Positions 63,379 to 64,000 of a stretch of DNA of 64,000 nt are shown here, piece by piece. Every line of letters starts with the position of its first letter. Positions within the stretch are counted from its first letter, which is position 1. Source of the DNA: a virus; the IMG/VR virus record IMGVR_UViG_3300045049_000286, positions 43,981-107,980 of that record; one strand, written 5' to 3'. The position numbers and the translations under genes are program-made. Under the pieces are notes generated by a model. The model was not told the origin of the DNA. It did not search any database and saw only the letters and a program-made list of their open reading frames with translations.

Positions 63379-64000
63379 ATGGCTACGTACGGCATCACGG
63401 TCTACGGGCGCGACCTCTACGGCGACGGCGGCCAGCTCCCCTACTTCTCCGTCGCGCCCATGGCGGCCAACCAGACCGACTACGGCGTCCTGCAGATCAC
63501 ATGGGCCACCCCCTCCCAGGCCGGCGGCGCCACGGTGGGCTCGTGGACGCGGCAGCGCCTGGTGCGCAACTCCTACGGCGTCCCCGACACCGAGGCCGAC
63601 GGTGTGATCCTGCTGGACGAGGCGGCCGGGTCGACGTCCAACCAGTACCTGGACAACCAGGTCACGTCAGGCAACGTCTACTACTACGCCGTCTTCGTCG
63701 CCACCGGCATCAACACCTACAGCGCCACGGTCACCTACCAGCCAGGCGACCTGGTCGTGTACTCCGGCGCCACCTACCAGTGCCTCGCGGCCAACACCGT
63801 CGGTGTCACCCCCGGCACGAACTCCGCCATCTGGGGTTCCAGTTCGGTCACCACCCCGTGGGTGCGCTGCGGCACAGGCTGCGTCGGCCTGGTGGTCAAG
63901 GACGCCGGCTACCGGCCGATGCTCTACAACCTGGTGCCGCTGCCCTACAAGGCCGCCACCGTGGAGACGACGTCGTCGAACGTGCCGGTCAACGACGACC
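63379..64000 (+). CDS. tail/baseplate protein, partial, with carbohydrate-binding-like module
   Basis: MATYGITVYG...YG; TYQPGDLVVYSGATYQC...TPGT...W; open to window end. Confidence 0.75.
   Translation, partial: MATYGITVYGRDLYGDGGQLPYFSVAPMAANQTDYGVLQITWATPSQAGGATVGSWTRQRLVRNSYGVPDTEADGVILLDEAAGSTSNQYLDNQVTSGNVYYYAVFVATGINTYSATVTYQPGDLVVYSGATYQCLAANTVGVTPGTNSAIWGSSSVTTPWVRCGTGCVGLVVKDAGYRPMLYNLVPLPYKAATVETTSSNVPVNDD

Noticed and set aside
1-64000. CRISPR array, rRNA, IS transposase, reverse transcriptase/DGR
   Set aside because: No regularly spaced repeats or matching protein motifs seen

Overview
This window is part of a large, high-GC actinobacterial myovirus genome. The host is probably Streptomyces-like (inference), and the virion module resembles large contractile-tailed actinophages of the Bxz1 type. 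1-17.2 kb: about 40 short, tightly packed leftward hypothetical genes. 17.2-19.0 kb: a non-coding divergence region with a repeated motif. 19-35 kb: accessory and regulatory genes (two DUF397 proteins, a WhiJ-like XRE regulator, a HATPase protein, a JmjC/cupin protein, an alpha-CTD-like protein, HNH-like, NUDIX, KTSC, tyrosine recombinase) plus a ~0.8 kb hairpin-rich non-coding block. 35.2-64 kb: the morphogenesis operon from terminase to baseplate. The main result is that three virion genes appear to need recoding or splicing. (1) The portal gene is broken twice by tiny 8-nt and 7-nt gaps. Each gap starts with an in-frame TTA, the rare bldA-dependent codon, and ends in a codon resembling the take-off codon, which fits two translational-bypass sites in series. 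I found no other in-frame TTA in the called genes by eye. (2) The major capsid gene carries a 284-nt ORF-less group I intron. (3) The tail assembly chaperone has a start-less +1-frame extension behind a UUU-CGC site. Family calls come from motif recognition and recalled homolog patterns, not from database searches.
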